In this document: piece by piece, positions 1-7,344 of the stretch
Layout of the letters: each line of letters begins with the position of its first letter
Numbering within the stretch: position 1 is the stretch's first letter
NCBI GenBank assembly: GCA_017508315.1
Contig: JAFVZE010000299.1
Location: forward strand, 1-36,681
Reading direction: 5' to 3'
Length of the DNA: 36,681 bases
Source: Kiritimatiellia bacterium
Lineage (GTDB): Bacteria > Verrucomicrobiota > Kiritimatiellia > RFP12 > UBA1067
Notes under the pieces: model-generated
The model's input: the letters and a program-made list of their open reading frames with translations, nothing else
What the model was told of the DNA's origin: nothing
Databases searched by the model: none
Translations under genes and position numbers: made by a program

Positions 1-71
1 CGCTTTTTCTGAGGATTGCCCTGTCGTCAAAACACATGCCTTGATGCGGTAGGAGGTTGTCAGGCATTGTA

Positions 72-109
72 AACCATGCGGTATATTCTGAACCATACGG
101 TATATTCTG
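72..109 (+). repeat. Tandem 19-bp direct repeat, two copies with one mismatch
   Basis: aaccatGcggtatattctg (72-90) is immediately followed by aaccatAcggtatattctg (91-109). Each copy contains a -10-like TATATT (82-87 and 101-106). Confidence 0.9.
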
Positions 110-191
110 AAAGTAAACGCACGTCCCCTCCCCGGGGAGGGTAGGAGAGGAAATCACCCTCTCATCAGTCTAAGCCAATAATTACGAGGAC

Positions 192-221
192 TAAACGAAC
201 GAATTACGTTCGTTTACTTTT
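192..221 (+). terminator. Putative intrinsic terminator-like hairpin
   Basis: Perfect 10-bp stem taaacgaacg (192-201) / cgttcgttta (207-216) with loop aatta, followed by cTTTT (217-221). The stem is AT-rich and the U-tract is short, so this is tentative. Confidence 0.4.
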
Positions 222-260
222 GGAAGTCACAGCGGCTTTTCTGTCAAAAAATGCACAACA

Positions 261-290
261 TTGAAAATGGCGGCCAGGTTATGGTACAAT
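261..290 (+). promoter_or_regulatory. Putative sigma70-type promoter with extended -10, upstream of the PAS gene
   Basis: TTGAAA (261-266), an 18-nt spacer, then TGgTACAAT (282-290). The start codon at 301 lies 10 nt after the -10 box. Confidence 0.5.
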
Positions 291-300
291 ACGGGGAATC

Positions 301-1002
301 ATGCCGATGTTTGTACATAAAGACCGCAAATCGCTTTTCCGCCAGTTTTTGGCCGGAATGTACGATGCGGTGGTCATAACCGATCCCAACGGCCATATCA
401 TCGAAATCAATCCCCGCGCCGTCGAGCATTTCGGATATGAATCCGACGAGGTGGTGGACAAGCCGATTTCGTTTTACATTCCGGGACTGACCGCGGCGGT
501 CGTCCAGCGGGTGCGCAACGGGCTGAAAGACGACCGGCACATGGTGATCGATGCCGGGGGAAAACGCAAAGACGGCGGCAGAATCGCCTGCGAAGTCATG
601 GTTTCGGTCGTCGATCTCGCAAATCCGGGCGATCTGGTTTTCACCATCCGCAACGTCGAGAAGCGGCGCAACGCGATGAACGTCTATCGCGCCAAGGCCA
701 ATGCGTTCCATGCCGCGCCCTGCGGTCTCTGCATCTGCGATGCCGAGGGCCGGGTGCGCGAAAACAACGCCGCCTTCCGTGGACTTTTTTCGCTTGCCGA
801 CGACGATGCCGCCCGCCGTCAGACGTTCGCCGGGCTTCTGGGGGACGGTGCGATGGCGCGGGAGTTTGTTTCCGCGCTTGCAGGTGAAACGGTTTCGGCC
901 AGAACTTCGACGGCGAACGGAGACGTTTTGCAGGTCAGGCTTTCGCCCAACAACCACGGTCGGCACAACTATGGCGTGGTGTGCAGTTTTCTGAAGGTCT
1001 GA
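301..1002 (+). CDS. PAS domain-containing protein with no recognisable output domain
   Basis: YDAVVITDPNGHIIEINPRAVEHFGYESDEVVDKPISFYIPG is a typical PAS core. A second, weaker PAS-like stretch follows (APCGLCICDAEGRVRENNAAFRGLF). Confidence 0.7.
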   Translation: MPMFVHKDRKSLFRQFLAGMYDAVVITDPNGHIIEINPRAVEHFGYESDEVVDKPISFYIPGLTAAVVQRVRNGLKDDRHMVIDAGGKRKDGGRIACEVMVSVVDLANPGDLVFTIRNVEKRRNAMNVYRAKANAFHAAPCGLCICDAEGRVRENNAAFRGLFSLADDDAARRQTFAGLLGDGAMAREFVSALAGETVSARTSTANGDVLQVRLSPNNHGRHNYGVVCSFLKV

Positions 1003-1006
1003 AGTC

Positions 1007-1921
1007 ATGCGCAGTGCGCCCAAACATTCCGCCGGCATCGTCTCTTTGGCGGTCAACCGTCCCGATCCCAAGGTGCTGCAGGATTTCCTCGCGCTGAAAT
1101 TTTCGCTTTCGCGGCGGACGGCCAAGGCGGTTGTCGACGGACGCAGCGTGTGGGTCAACCGCAAGTGCGTGTGGATCGCCCGTTTCGCCCTGAAGACCGG
1201 CGATGTGGTGGAAATCTCCGATGCCGTCGTCAAAGGCGCCGTCAAACAGGGGAGGATCGCCTCTGCCGCCGGCAGAGAGGTTCAGGAGAGTCGCAAGCGG
1301 CATGTGCGGGTGCTGTGGCAGGATGATTTCTATCTGGTCTGCGACAAGCCTGCCGGGCTCGTATCCTGCGACGATCCGAAATCGGTGGAGTCGATTCTCC
1401 GCGAGCAGGAGCGGATTCCGACGCTGGAGGCGGTCCACCGGCTCGACCGCGACACGACCGGCTGTCTGATGTTCGCGAAAAACCACGCCTCGCTGACGGC
1501 GGCCGTTGAGGTGTTCAAAACGCATAAAGTGTCCAAGACCTACCATGCGGTGGTCGCGGGAAAGTTTCCCTACGCGCACCAGATCATCGACGATCCGATC
1601 GACAGGCAGCCGGCGTTGTCGAAAGTGAACCGCGAAGCTTTTGCGGAGGAAGCTTCCTTTCTCAGGGTGAGGATTGAAACCGGGCGCACCAACCAGATAC
1701 GGCGTCATCTTGCGGGGATCCGCTTCCCGATCGTCGGCGACAGGGTGTTCGGACTTAAGAGCGCGCGCGACGTGAGGCTTATGCGCGTTCCGCGCCAGAT
1801 GCTGCACGCTTCGACGCTCGCGATGCCGCATCCGGCGGAGAAACGACTGGAGATCAAGGTGCATTCTCCGCTGCCCGCGGACTTCCGCGGCGCGTTGAAG
1901 CTTTTCGGCATGGGGAAATAG
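1007..1921 (+). CDS. RluA-family pseudouridine synthase with an N-terminal S4-like segment
   Basis: Catalytic motif HRLDRDTTGCLMFAKN and the TGRTNQIRRHL ... PIVGDRVFG motif are both present. Confidence 0.85.
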   Translation: MRSAPKHSAGIVSLAVNRPDPKVLQDFLALKFSLSRRTAKAVVDGRSVWVNRKCVWIARFALKTGDVVEISDAVVKGAVKQGRIASAAGREVQESRKRHVRVLWQDDFYLVCDKPAGLVSCDDPKSVESILREQERIPTLEAVHRLDRDTTGCLMFAKNHASLTAAVEVFKTHKVSKTYHAVVAGKFPYAHQIIDDPIDRQPALSKVNREAFAEEASFLRVRIETGRTNQIRRHLAGIRFPIVGDRVFGLKSARDVRLMRVPRQMLHASTLAMPHPAEKRLEIKVHSPLPADFRGALKLFGMGK

Positions 1922-1969
1922 GCGTCTGTCGCCGGCCGGAGCGCGCCATCGTTGACTGAAGCATAAGGA

Positions 1970-3064
1970 ATGGAAAAAAACAAATCGATCGACACCGGCG
2001 GCAAGAGGCTGTTTGCGCTCGATCTCCTGCGGGGGCTCGATATTTTTGCTTTGACGGTTCTGATGCGCCTTTACTGGGCGGCGAACCGGACGTTTGAACT
2101 GCCGCAGTGGCTGAAGGTGCAGTTTTCCCATGTCTGGGCGACGCCGGGGCTCGTGGATTTCGCCCAGCCGCTCTTTCTTTTCGTCTGCGGCGCCGCTGTT
2201 CCGTTCGCCGTACCGAAGCGCCTGAGCGCGGACGGAAGAGCGACTGCGCGGTACTGGAAGCATGTCGCGTATCGGGTGGCGATGCTGTGGGTTTCCGGAA
2301 TGATCATTCAAGGTCAGCTTCTGTCGTTCGACATTTCGAAAATGCATCCGTACAACAATACGCTGCAAACCATCGCCGTAGGATATCTTGCCGCCGCGCT
2401 CACGATGCTGGTGCGCTCCGCGGCGGTGCGCATCGCCGTTCCCGTCGCGCTGGCGGCGGTGTACGGAGGATCGCTTTGGATCTGCGGCGACTGGACGGCG
2501 GAGGGGAATCTGGCCAGACTCGTGGACGAGCGGGTGTTCGCGGCGATCGGCTGCAGGGCTAAATCGTTCACCTACGTCGCAACTTCGCTCGTGTGGGCGG
2601 CGATCGGGATCGCGGGAATGCACGCCGCGCTCATTCTTAAATCGGAGCGCGGGCAATGGGCGAAGGTCAAGATTCTTTCGGCGACGGGAGTCGCGCTGTG
2701 CGTCGCGGGCGCGGCGGTTCTGCCGTGGGTGCCGCCGATCCGCCACATCTATTCGCTCAGTTTCTCGCTGATTTCAACCGGACTTTCGTTTTTGCTTCTG
2801 GCGTTTTTGTATGTCGTGACCGATATCAAGGGGTACCGTTCGCACTGGGGGTATTTTCTGCTGTTCGGAGAATTCGCGTTTCTTTCGTGGTGGCTTCACA
2901 CTTTCTTCGGTCCGGCGCTGCTGAAGACGGCGGAGCTGTGTCTGACGGGCGTCCCGCATCTCATGGGTACGGATAGATATATGCCGCTGATCAACGAGCT
3001 CGGGCTTGTTGCGGTGTTTGCGGGAGTGCTGTACGTCAGAAAGATCATCAATAAATACCGTTGA
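1970..3064 (+). CDS. Polytopic membrane protein, DUF5009 / heparan-alpha-glucosaminide N-acetyltransferase-like acyltransferase family
   Basis: N-terminal RLFALDLLRGLDIFAL motif typical of this family, plus many predicted TM helices. Confidence 0.55.
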   Translation: MEKNKSIDTGGKRLFALDLLRGLDIFALTVLMRLYWAANRTFELPQWLKVQFSHVWATPGLVDFAQPLFLFVCGAAVPFAVPKRLSADGRATARYWKHVAYRVAMLWVSGMIIQGQLLSFDISKMHPYNNTLQTIAVGYLAAALTMLVRSAAVRIAVPVALAAVYGGSLWICGDWTAEGNLARLVDERVFAAIGCRAKSFTYVATSLVWAAIGIAGMHAALILKSERGQWAKVKILSATGVALCVAGAAVLPWVPPIRHIYSLSFSLISTGLSFLLLAFLYVVTDIKGYRSHWGYFLLFGEFAFLSWWLHTFFGPALLKTAELCLTGVPHLMGTDRYMPLINELGLVAVFAGVLYVRKIINKYR

Positions 3065-3097
3065 ATTCAACGGCGGGATTTTGATAAAATCCGGAGT

Positions 3098-4015
3098 ATG
3101 AAAATACGTACACTGTTCAGAGGGATGCTGGCCGCCGCGTTTTTCGCGGCCGCAGGTTGCAGTTATGTTCAAAAAACGTCAGGTCTTGATCCGGAGCGCG
3201 TGGGCGTGTGCAGCTGGAGCTGGCGTCTTCCGATGAAAGATGTCGCCGCGGCGATGGACAACGCCGGCGTCAAGGGCGTGCACCTCGCGCTCGGGCCGTT
3301 CATCGCCCCCGACGAGCGCCACGGCGCGGCGGAGTCCGCCGATGCGTGGAATTTCGTCAAGGCGAAGGTCGCGTCCGGGGAATGGAAGGTGATGGGTACC
3401 ATGGTCGCCACGGTCGGAGAGGATTATTCGACACTGGAGTCCATTCGCAGGACCGGAGGCATCGTTCCCGATCGGCACTGGGAGGCCAACAAGAAGATCG
3501 TCTCCAGAGGCGCTCAGCTCACCAAGGAGCTCGGTTGCGGGTATATGTCGCTGCATGCCGGTTTTCTCGACGAGCACGACAAGGTCGCCTATGCGAAGTT
3601 TGTCGAGCGCGTCGAGTGGATGCGTGACGAGGCCGCCAAGTACGGCGTGAAAGTCATTTTCGAATCTGGGCAGGAGACCGCCGATGATCTGGCCAAATTC
3701 ATGAAAGCGGTTCCGGGCGTGGGCATCAACTTCGACCCCGCCAACATGATTCTCTACGGTAAGGGCGAGCCGATCGCCGCCGTGAAGAAGCTTTTTCCGT
3801 GGATCGTCCAGGTGCACGTGAAGGATGCGATTGAAACCAAGGTGCCCGGAACCTGGGGCACGGAAGTGCCGTGGGGCGACGGAGAGGTGAACGCGTCAAG
3901 GTTTGTCTCGACGCTCGAAAAGCTCGGATACAGAGGATTTTACGTGGTCGAGCGTGAGGCCGGCGACAATCGCGCCGGAGATATCGCTCTTGCAGTGGAA
4001 AGGCTGAAAAAATGA
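3098..4015 (+). CDS. Xylose-isomerase-like TIM-barrel protein (sugar phosphate isomerase/epimerase family), probable lipoprotein
   Basis: Signal peptide ending AAAGC (lipobox-like). Family-typical SLHAGF, VIFESGQET, GINFDPANM and VHVKD segments. Confidence 0.7.
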   Translation: MKIRTLFRGMLAAAFFAAAGCSYVQKTSGLDPERVGVCSWSWRLPMKDVAAAMDNAGVKGVHLALGPFIAPDERHGAAESADAWNFVKAKVASGEWKVMGTMVATVGEDYSTLESIRRTGGIVPDRHWEANKKIVSRGAQLTKELGCGYMSLHAGFLDEHDKVAYAKFVERVEWMRDEAAKYGVKVIFESGQETADDLAKFMKAVPGVGINFDPANMILYGKGEPIAAVKKLFPWIVQVHVKDAIETKVPGTWGTEVPWGDGEVNASRFVSTLEKLGYRGFYVVEREAGDNRAGDIALAVERLKK

Positions 4016-5331
4016 AAATGACGAGAAGAGAACTTCTGAAGGCCGGCGCGGCGTTCGGAGCGTTCAACATCATTCCGTCAAAGGTGCTCTGGGGCGCGGG
4101 TGCGCCCTCGAACCAGTTGACGCGCGCGCTTATCGGGTACGGCTGTATCGCCCGTGCCGCAAACCACCTCACCGAGAAAGGTTCGCGCCTTGTCGGACTG
4201 TGCGACGTATATGACGTCCGCGCCCGGCAGGGTCTCGTCGAGGCCGAGTCTCACGGCTGGGGAAAGATCAGGAACTACCGCAATTTCATCGAGCTTATCA
4301 ACGATCCGGGCGTCGATATCGTGCACATCTGCACGCCGCCGCACTGGCACGGCGTGCAGAGCGTCATGGCGGCCAAAGCCGGCAAGGACATCTGGTGCGA
4401 AAAGCCGATGACCCGCACCGTGGGCGAAGGTAAGCGCGTCGTTGAGGTAGTGAACAAATACCAGCGCGTCTTCCGTCTCAACACCTGGTTCCGCTATCAG
4501 TCGAGGTTTTACGGTTTCGGATGCGAAGTGAAGCCTGTAAAGCAGCTCATCGACGCCGGTTTCCTCGGCAAGGGGCCGATTAAATGCGTCTGCGGCATCG
4601 GGCAGGGTTTCAGCTGGAAGTTCGCCTGGTCGGGACTCGTCAACCCTCAGCCGCAGCCGGTGCCGAAGGGCTTTGACTGGGATATGTGGCTCGGACCCGC
4701 GCCCTGGAAGCCTTACAGCGATCATCGCGCCGGCACTTCATTCCGCGGCTATTGGGATTACGATTCCGGCGGTCTCGGCGACATGGCGCAGCATTATCTC
4801 GATCCGATCCAGTATCTTCTGGGCAAGGACGACACGAGTCCGGTGAAAATCGACTACGTCGGAGCCAAGCAGCACCCGGAGGCGGTAGGCCGCTTCGATC
4901 GCATAACGCTCGCTTATGCGGATGGAACGGAAGTGATCCTTGACGGCGATGAATCGCTCACTGGAGAGCCGCTGTTCCGCGGAGCCAACGGTGTTTGCAT
5001 CTACAAGTGCGCCAAGGGGACCAAAGTTCCGCGCATGACCGACGCATCCGGCAAGGAGATGGATGTGGCGTCCATTCTCAAGGATCTGCCCGAGCCGGCG
5101 GCGCAGAACGGCGACTTCTTCGAATGCGTGAGAAAGCGCACCAAGCACGCCCTCAACGAAACGAGCGGGTTCCGTTCCTCGACGATGTTCAATCTCGGCA
5201 TCGTCGCCGAACGTCTCGGCCGCGGTTTCGAGTTCGATCCCGTAAATCTTCGCGCCGTGAACGATCCCGCCGCCGATCGTTTCCTCTACCAGTCCATGCG
5301 CGAACCCTGGCGGAAGGAGATGTATTCATGA
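4012..5331 (+). CDS. Gfo/Idh/MocA-family oxidoreductase with a Tat signal peptide
   Basis: Twin-arginine leader MKMTRRELLKAGAAFGAF. ICTPPHWH and CEKPM motifs of the Gfo/Idh/MocA fold. ATGA overlap with the upstream gene. Confidence 0.8.
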   Translation: MKMTRRELLKAGAAFGAFNIIPSKVLWGAGAPSNQLTRALIGYGCIARAANHLTEKGSRLVGLCDVYDVRARQGLVEAESHGWGKIRNYRNFIELINDPGVDIVHICTPPHWHGVQSVMAAKAGKDIWCEKPMTRTVGEGKRVVEVVNKYQRVFRLNTWFRYQSRFYGFGCEVKPVKQLIDAGFLGKGPIKCVCGIGQGFSWKFAWSGLVNPQPQPVPKGFDWDMWLGPAPWKPYSDHRAGTSFRGYWDYDSGGLGDMAQHYLDPIQYLLGKDDTSPVKIDYVGAKQHPEAVGRFDRITLAYADGTEVILDGDESLTGEPLFRGANGVCIYKCAKGTKVPRMTDASGKEMDVASILKDLPEPAAQNGDFFECVRKRTKHALNETSGFRSSTMFNLGIVAERLGRGFEFDPVNLRAVNDPAADRFLYQSMREPWRKEMYS

Positions 5332-5894
5332 AAAAGCTTTTGTTTGCGGTGTTGGCCGTTGCCGGTCTGACGGCGATGGCGAAGTATGTCGATCCCAATC
5401 CCTACGGCGATTACGGTCCGGCGATGAAACCGGTCGCGGGCAGGCCGATGGCAATCGAATGGCACCTGACCGACCGCGCCGCCATCGACAAGGCGACCTC
5501 GCCCGAAGCGCTCGAAGAGATTCTCGACGATGACGACAAGATCGAAGCGTTGCTGGCGAAGATCAGGCCGAACTACGGCACCGATGCTATGGATGCCGTG
5601 CGGATCGCGGCGATTTCGCAGTATGTGATGGAAGGCGCGCGCGTCTCCTGGTGGGAGTTCTGGCGCGACGACCTTTCGGACGAGCGCGAAGACTGGGCTA
5701 AGGCGCTGTTGAAAGCGGCGGCGTCCGCCAAGGACGATTATGTCGCCGAATACTGCCTTGATCAGCTCCGCTGGTGCGGTCTGCGCTGTCAGATTCCCTG
5801 CCTGCGGCGTCTCGCCGACAGATCGAAGTCGAAGGTCGTCAAGGATATGGCCGCGATCGTAATCGATCAGTTGTCCCACGAAAACGCAGACTGA
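5328..5894 (+). CDS. Hypothetical secreted protein
   Basis: Internal start of track ORF 4995-5894 at ATG 5328, with an ATGA overlap on the upstream stop. Signal peptide MKKLLFAVLAVAGLTAMA. No motif recognised. Confidence 0.6.
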   Translation: MKKLLFAVLAVAGLTAMAKYVDPNPYGDYGPAMKPVAGRPMAIEWHLTDRAAIDKATSPEALEEILDDDDKIEALLAKIRPNYGTDAMDAVRIAAISQYVMEGARVSWWEFWRDDLSDEREDWAKALLKAAASAKDDYVAEYCLDQLRWCGLRCQIPCLRRLADRSKSKVVKDMAAIVIDQLSHENAD

Positions 5895-5921
5895 AGTTTT
5901 CGTACAGAGACAACGGTCCGA

Positions 5922-7247
5922 ATGCCGCAAATGGGATATCGTCTGTCGATTTTCGCCTTTGCGGCTTTTCTTTCGGGCGGCGCATACGCTGCGCCGCCCG
6001 CGGTTTTCCGTTCGGCGGTAAAAGACGCGGCGGTAGCCGTAGAGGGCGGAGGTTCGTCAGGGTGCGGTTTCGTGTGCGACATGGACGGGAGGCGTTATGC
6101 CGTCGCGCTCAGGCGGTCGCTCGAAGGTGCGGAGCAGGTGACGATCCGTTTCGCGGACGGAAAAACGTTTAGGCCCGCTGCGGTAGAAGTCGCGGACAGT
6201 CATGATGTCGTCCGCTTCGAGGTTCCGTCCAACCGGCCGGCTTTGAAACTCTGCTCGGCCTCTCCGGCGATTCGGCAAAGGCTGCTCTTTTTCGGCAATG
6301 AGCGTTTTCGTTCTGCGGAGATGAGAGGAACGGTTGTCGGCGTTGCCGCCGGCAGGATTGAGGTTTCCCTTCGCTTCGCCGCCGGAGATGCGGGGAACGC
6401 GGTGTTGGATGAGAAAGGGGATGTTCTCGGCGTTGCGGCTTTCGCCGAAAAAAAGGTCGATCCGGAAAACTGGATAAGGCGCAACGGCCGCCGGGAGGAG
6501 GTTCGCAATTTCGCCTTGACTCTTGACGGTGCGGTGTGGCGCAAGACCGATTTAAGGTCGCTCAGGCGGAAGACGGCGCAGAAGGAAAAGAGGGCGCGGC
6601 GTGCGGCAGGGGTTCTTGCGCAGACCAGAGCGATCTTCAAAAATCCTCTGATGAGAGTAAATCGCCGTTTAACCGGCGGTGATGCGGAATATTTCGTGAA
6701 CGGCAATATAATTCTCGCTCTTTCCGACACCAAAGGCGTGAAAAATCCGGTTGTCAGGGTGGCTGTGCTTTTAGGGTGCGGATCGAAGCGGATCGTGTTC
6801 GATGCGGTGGCGATCGAGCCCGGCGGAAAGTTTGCCTATGCCGACGTGCCGATTTGGTCGTACGGCGGCGATATCGCGACGAACGGCAGGACGTATCCGC
6901 TTGGAGACGGGATGGCGGCCTGCTGCATGGAGGGACTTTCGTATTTTCAACCGGTGTCCGATTTCGGAATACTGCCGGGAAAAGGAAGAAACATCGCGTA
7001 TTTCGACAAATCGTCATTTCTTTCCGGAGGTTTCAGCATTCCGCGGGGGTCTGTCCCCGCAGGGATGAGTCCGGAAATCGTCGCCTTTCGTTTTGAATGC
7101 TGGCAGAACGGAGACTTGGCCGGGTTTTACGATTCTATGCGACCAGATACGCTGGAGAGCAGGAATATCCCGGCCGACTGGTTCGTGATCGGACGGCATC
7201 CCGGAAAATTCCAGTATTTGCCGCAATGCCGGTATGTGGAAAAATAG
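5922..7247 (+). CDS. Hypothetical secreted protein with a degenerate trypsin/HtrA-like N-terminal domain
   Basis: Signal peptide. GSSGCGFV ... DVVRFEV ... AGDAGNAVLDEKGDVLGV resembles the HtrA pattern GSGF...DLA...GNSGGPL..G.v.G, but the Ser and His positions are substituted. Confidence 0.55.
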   Translation: MPQMGYRLSIFAFAAFLSGGAYAAPPAVFRSAVKDAAVAVEGGGSSGCGFVCDMDGRRYAVALRRSLEGAEQVTIRFADGKTFRPAAVEVADSHDVVRFEVPSNRPALKLCSASPAIRQRLLFFGNERFRSAEMRGTVVGVAAGRIEVSLRFAAGDAGNAVLDEKGDVLGVAAFAEKKVDPENWIRRNGRREEVRNFALTLDGAVWRKTDLRSLRRKTAQKEKRARRAAGVLAQTRAIFKNPLMRVNRRLTGGDAEYFVNGNIILALSDTKGVKNPVVRVAVLLGCGSKRIVFDAVAIEPGGKFAYADVPIWSYGGDIATNGRTYPLGDGMAACCMEGLSYFQPVSDFGILPGKGRNIAYFDKSSFLSGGFSIPRGSVPAGMSPEIVAFRFECWQNGDLAGFYDSMRPDTLESRNIPADWFVIGRHPGKFQYLPQCRYVEK

Positions 7248-7290
7248 AAGCGATTCCGGCGAGGGGAAAGGTCGGTATCGGTTCGATTTA

Positions 7291-7299
7291 TGGTATAAT
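7291..7299 (+). promoter_or_regulatory. Extended -10 box TGGTATAAT upstream of valS
   Basis: Exact TGnTATAAT in the AT-rich 97-nt spacer, 45 nt upstream of the valS ATG. Confidence 0.45.
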
Positions 7300-7344
7300 A
7301 CCGGGATAATAAAATTTGCAGACAGTTTGCTGAAGAAAAAAGAC

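Noticed and set aside
72-109. Whether the 19-bp tandem repeat could be a CRISPR remnant or a mobile-element end
   Set aside because: There are only two directly abutting copies with no spacers. No cas genes, transposase or flanking inverted repeats are present.
76-144. 22-codon ORF (MRYILNHTVYSESKRTSPPRGG) running through the 19-bp tandem repeat
   Set aside because: No suitably spaced ribosome-binding site: AGGAGG at 51-56 is 19 nt upstream. There is no supporting feature, and the region is more simply read as regulatory or RNA structure.
935-2746. 603-aa minus-strand ORF, and similar long antisense ORFs at 7288-8949, 11910-13061, 16110-17426, 18456-19286, 20586-22361, 23319-25010, 27123-29147 and 29017-30699
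   Set aside because: Each is antisense to a + strand gene with strong conserved motifs (RluA, valS, SSS/cmk, tyrS, lpxA, fhs, cpaF and others). Each translates to Arg/Pro/Gly-rich sequence with no recognisable domain.
3058-3092. Perfect 16-bp palindrome CCGTTGAATTCAACGG (3058-3073, containing the stop codon) and a second hairpin ggatttt/aaaatcc (3076-3092), considered as a terminator between genes
   Set aside because: Neither is followed by a U-tract, and the stems are short. The second hairpin runs up to the GGAG ribosome-binding site (3093-3096) of the next gene, so at most it modulates translation. This is not enough to call a terminator.
7234-7344. N-terminal extensions offered by the ORF track: valS from 7234, the SSS gene from 10342, tyrS from 15126, murF from 18743, fhs from 20610, tadB from 24944, dus from 30585, tadA from 31734, coaB from 13252 and the secreted protein from 4995
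   Set aside because: The extensions overlap the preceding gene in another frame and translate to Arg-rich junk. The conserved protein families begin at the internal starts I used, often with ATGA/GTGA coupling or a Shine-Dalgarno.
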